Positions 62,177 to 64,000 of a DNA stretch of 64,000 nt are shown here, one piece after another (the first letter of the stretch is position 1; the number at the start of each line of letters is the position of its first letter). Both the position numbers and the translations under genes were made by a program. The notes under the pieces were generated by a model that saw nothing but the letters and a program-made list of their open reading frames with translations, did not search any database and had not been told where the DNA came from. The DNA comes from Thaumarchaeota archaeon UBA164 (GTDB lineage: Archaea > Thermoproteota > Nitrososphaeria > Conexivisphaerales > UBA164). The stretch lies in assembly GCA_002499005.1 (NCBI GenBank), contig DAJU01000005.1, positions 20,540-84,539 on the forward strand, read 5' to 3'.

Positions 62177-63274
62177 ATGGGCTTAAACTCGACAAGCATC
62201 TTGGTTGTGATCAGCAGGGCGGTCTACAGCTTTTACTGGGTTTATATAGCGCCAGTTTATCTTGAAGTTCAGATGGCCCTTGGCTTTTCAAGGCAGGATA
62301 TAGGGCTAATAAGCTGGGCGTTTGTAGTTGGGGCGGCATCGTTTCAGATTCCGTCGTCAATGCTTTCAAACTATATAGGAGTTAAGCATGAATATTATAT
62401 TGGGCTTTTCGTTCTTTCAGCCAGCGGGCTTCTCTTTGCGGCTTCAGGATCTCTTTTTATGATACTGGTCAGCAGGGTTATAGCTGGGATTGGCGCGGCA
62501 CTGTTCTTTTCAAGCGCAGGACATATACTGGCTTACGCAAGCGGAAACAGGGTTGGCGCATGGATGGGCATTTACAATTCAGCTTTTAGCTTGGGCACCG
62601 TAATGGGAATGGCATATAGCTACACATATCAGCTTATTGGCTGGAGAGAGGCCGTTGCGCTGGGCAGCGTGTTTGGGTCTATACTGGCCGCTGTAGACGC
62701 GCTATCAATAAGGCATCTTGACATTCCAGCAGAACAAGTAAGGCTTAACAGGGGTGTAATAGCGCCTCTTTTGCTCGGCGTTTCAACTGCTGGGTTCTGG
62801 GGCGCAAACTATGCGGCCCAAACCTTAATGCCGTCTTACCTTGAAAGGCTTGGAGAAGGCGTGATAACTAGCTCATGGACGACCTCAATCATGCTAGCTG
62901 CAAGCGCCGTAGGCGGCTTCTTTGCGTTTGTTTTTGATAGAACGAAGCGAAAAAGGGTGCTTCTTATGATCGTGGTTCTATTTACCGGCTTGGGGCTTTT
63001 ACTTTTATATTCCTCATACACGTTTATAGAAGGCCTTTTGATTGAAGGGTTCTTTTCAGAGCTTGTGTTTTCAGGCCTTTATGCTGTGGCAATAGACAAG
63101 ACCGGCAAGGGCCTTGCAACCGTAGCTCTCTCATCAGTTAACTTCATGAACATGGCATTTGGCATGTGGATTCCGTTAATATTTTCATTTGAAATGTTCA
63201 AGTTTCCGGGGCTTGTCTGGGCAACAATGTTTGCCGTTACGGTTTTGCCTTCGATAGCTGTCCTCTGGATCTAA
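62177..63274 (+). CDS. MFS transporter
   Basis: 365 aa, about 11-12 TM. Typical MFS loop VSRVIAGIGAALFFSSAG. Confidence 0.8.
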   Translation: MGLNSTSILVVISRAVYSFYWVYIAPVYLEVQMALGFSRQDIGLISWAFVVGAASFQIPSSMLSNYIGVKHEYYIGLFVLSASGLLFAASGSLFMILVSRVIAGIGAALFFSSAGHILAYASGNRVGAWMGIYNSAFSLGTVMGMAYSYTYQLIGWREAVALGSVFGSILAAVDALSIRHLDIPAEQVRLNRGVIAPLLLGVSTAGFWGANYAAQTLMPSYLERLGEGVITSSWTTSIMLAASAVGGFFAFVFDRTKRKRVLLMIVVLFTGLGLLLLYSSYTFIEGLLIEGFFSELVFSGLYAVAIDKTGKGLATVALSSVNFMNMAFGMWIPLIFSFEMFKFPGLVWATMFAVTVLPSIAVLWI

Positions 63275-63807
63275 GAAAACCGGTGATCCCTGCAGCGGGG
63301 CTCATAGATCTCGCTTCCGCCAACGACTATCAGGTCGTTGACCTCTCTAACCTTTCTTACACTGAACGTGGCAGGCGCGCCACATACTGTACACACCGCT
63401 TGGAGTTTAACCACTTCGTCTGCTATTGCAAGTAACTGCGGCATGGGCCCGAACGGCCTGCCCAAGTAGTCCTTGTCAAGGCCGGCTACAACAACCCTTT
63501 TCCCCATATCAGCCAGCTCTTCAACTACGTCAACTATTTTTATCGAAAAGAACTGGGCTTCGTCTATGCCTATGACGTCAAACCCCTTCCCCTTTTCAAG
63601 CAGATCTGCTGGATCTGAAGTGCTTATGGCGTCCATCTTTCTTCCATCATGGCTCACCGCCTGATCTCGTTCATATCTTATGTCAATTGAGTGCTTGAAA
63701 AGCACGACATTCCTCCTTGCAAGCTGAAACCTGTGTAGCTCAACAAGGAGCTCCTCCGTCTTTCTGCTGAACATTGGGCCAGTGTAAACCTTTATCCACC
63801 CTGGCAT
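63271..63807 (-). CDS. tdk: thymidine kinase (TK1-like type II) with a variant P-loop
   Basis: GPMFSRKTEEL (canonical GPMFSGK[ST]), IGIDEAQFF, C-terminal zinc site CTVCG...CRDH. Confidence 0.88.
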   Translation of the reverse strand: MPGWIKVYTGPMFSRKTEELLVELHRFQLARRNVVLFKHSIDIRYERDQAVSHDGRKMDAISTSDPADLLEKGKGFDVIGIDEAQFFSIKIVDVVEELADMGKRVVVAGLDKDYLGRPFGPMPQLLAIADEVVKLQAVCTVCGAPATFSVRKVREVNDLIVVGGSEIYEPRCRDHRFS

Positions 63808-63867
63808 TTCGTTGTTTTTTAAATGGTAGAAATAAACACATCATGTCAAAAATGATAAAACAGCTTG

Positions 63868-64000
63868 TTAAGCACTTAAGGCCTTGCTGATGACCGATTC
63901 TCTGTCCATAACTGCAACTCTGACGCCTGATGAAGCTTTAAGGTAAAAGCTCGCCTTTGAGCTGTCGGTCAGCACGGCCTTGGCTCCTATGATCTCAGGC
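63868..64000 (-). CDS. 3' end of a gene that continues beyond the right window edge (product unknown)
   Basis: The minus frame is open from the edge: PEIIGAKAVLTDSSKASFYLKASSGVRVAVMDRESVISKALSA, then TAA at 63868..63870. Not in the ORF track because the start lies outside the window. Confidence 0.35.
   Translation of the reverse strand, partial: PEIIGAKAVLTDSSKASFYLKASSGVRVAVMDRESVISKALSA

Overview
This is a gene-dense archaeal chromosomal segment of about 70 genes. Many are translationally coupled, with 4-nt start/stop overlaps and frequent GTG/TTG starts. The archaeal origin rests on several markers: topoisomerase VI A and B, aIF2-gamma, the nurA-herA-mre11-rad50 operon, fructose-1,6-bisphosphate aldolase/phosphatase, an intron-containing tRNA-Tyr, and TATA-like boxes about 25-30 nt upstream of start codons, which suggests leaderless mRNAs.

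Most of the content is housekeeping or transport:
- Core metabolism: pyrB, argF, uppS, tdk, a phosphohexomutase, and a xanthine-dehydrogenase-family Mo-hydroxylase (large, FAD and 2Fe-2S subunits) beside an NCS1 permease.
- Transport: a tungstate/molybdate-type ABC transporter, three MFS transporters and a CPA2 antiporter.
- Other: two GT2 synthases with Q-x-x-R-W motifs.
- RNA genes: three tRNAs, namely Tyr-GUA with a 44-nt intron, Ser-GCU and Lys-CUU.

I saw no rRNA, CRISPR array or intact IS element.

The items most worth follow-up are:
1. A 146-aa mini-intein that splits the P-loop of aIF2-gamma.
2. A roughly 2-kb decayed accessory islet between an F420/LLM-type oxidoreductase and tRNA-Tyr. 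It has ORF-poor DNA with broken frames, a HEPN/nucleotidyltransferase pair and an HTH gene remnant.
3. A P-loop-less EF-Tu-like protein coupled to a membrane-anchored wHTH protein.
4. Two tandem B12-type radical SAM enzymes, with an 18-bp perfect palindrome in their divergent promoter.
5. An archaeal-type STAND/AAA ATPase convergent with an uncharacterised zinc-ribbon protein.
6. A split FlaJ/TadBC-like pilus platform with no ATPase or pilin genes nearby.
7. Several unusually long ORF-free intergenic regions.

All functional calls come from motifs read in the supplied translations. No database search was possible.
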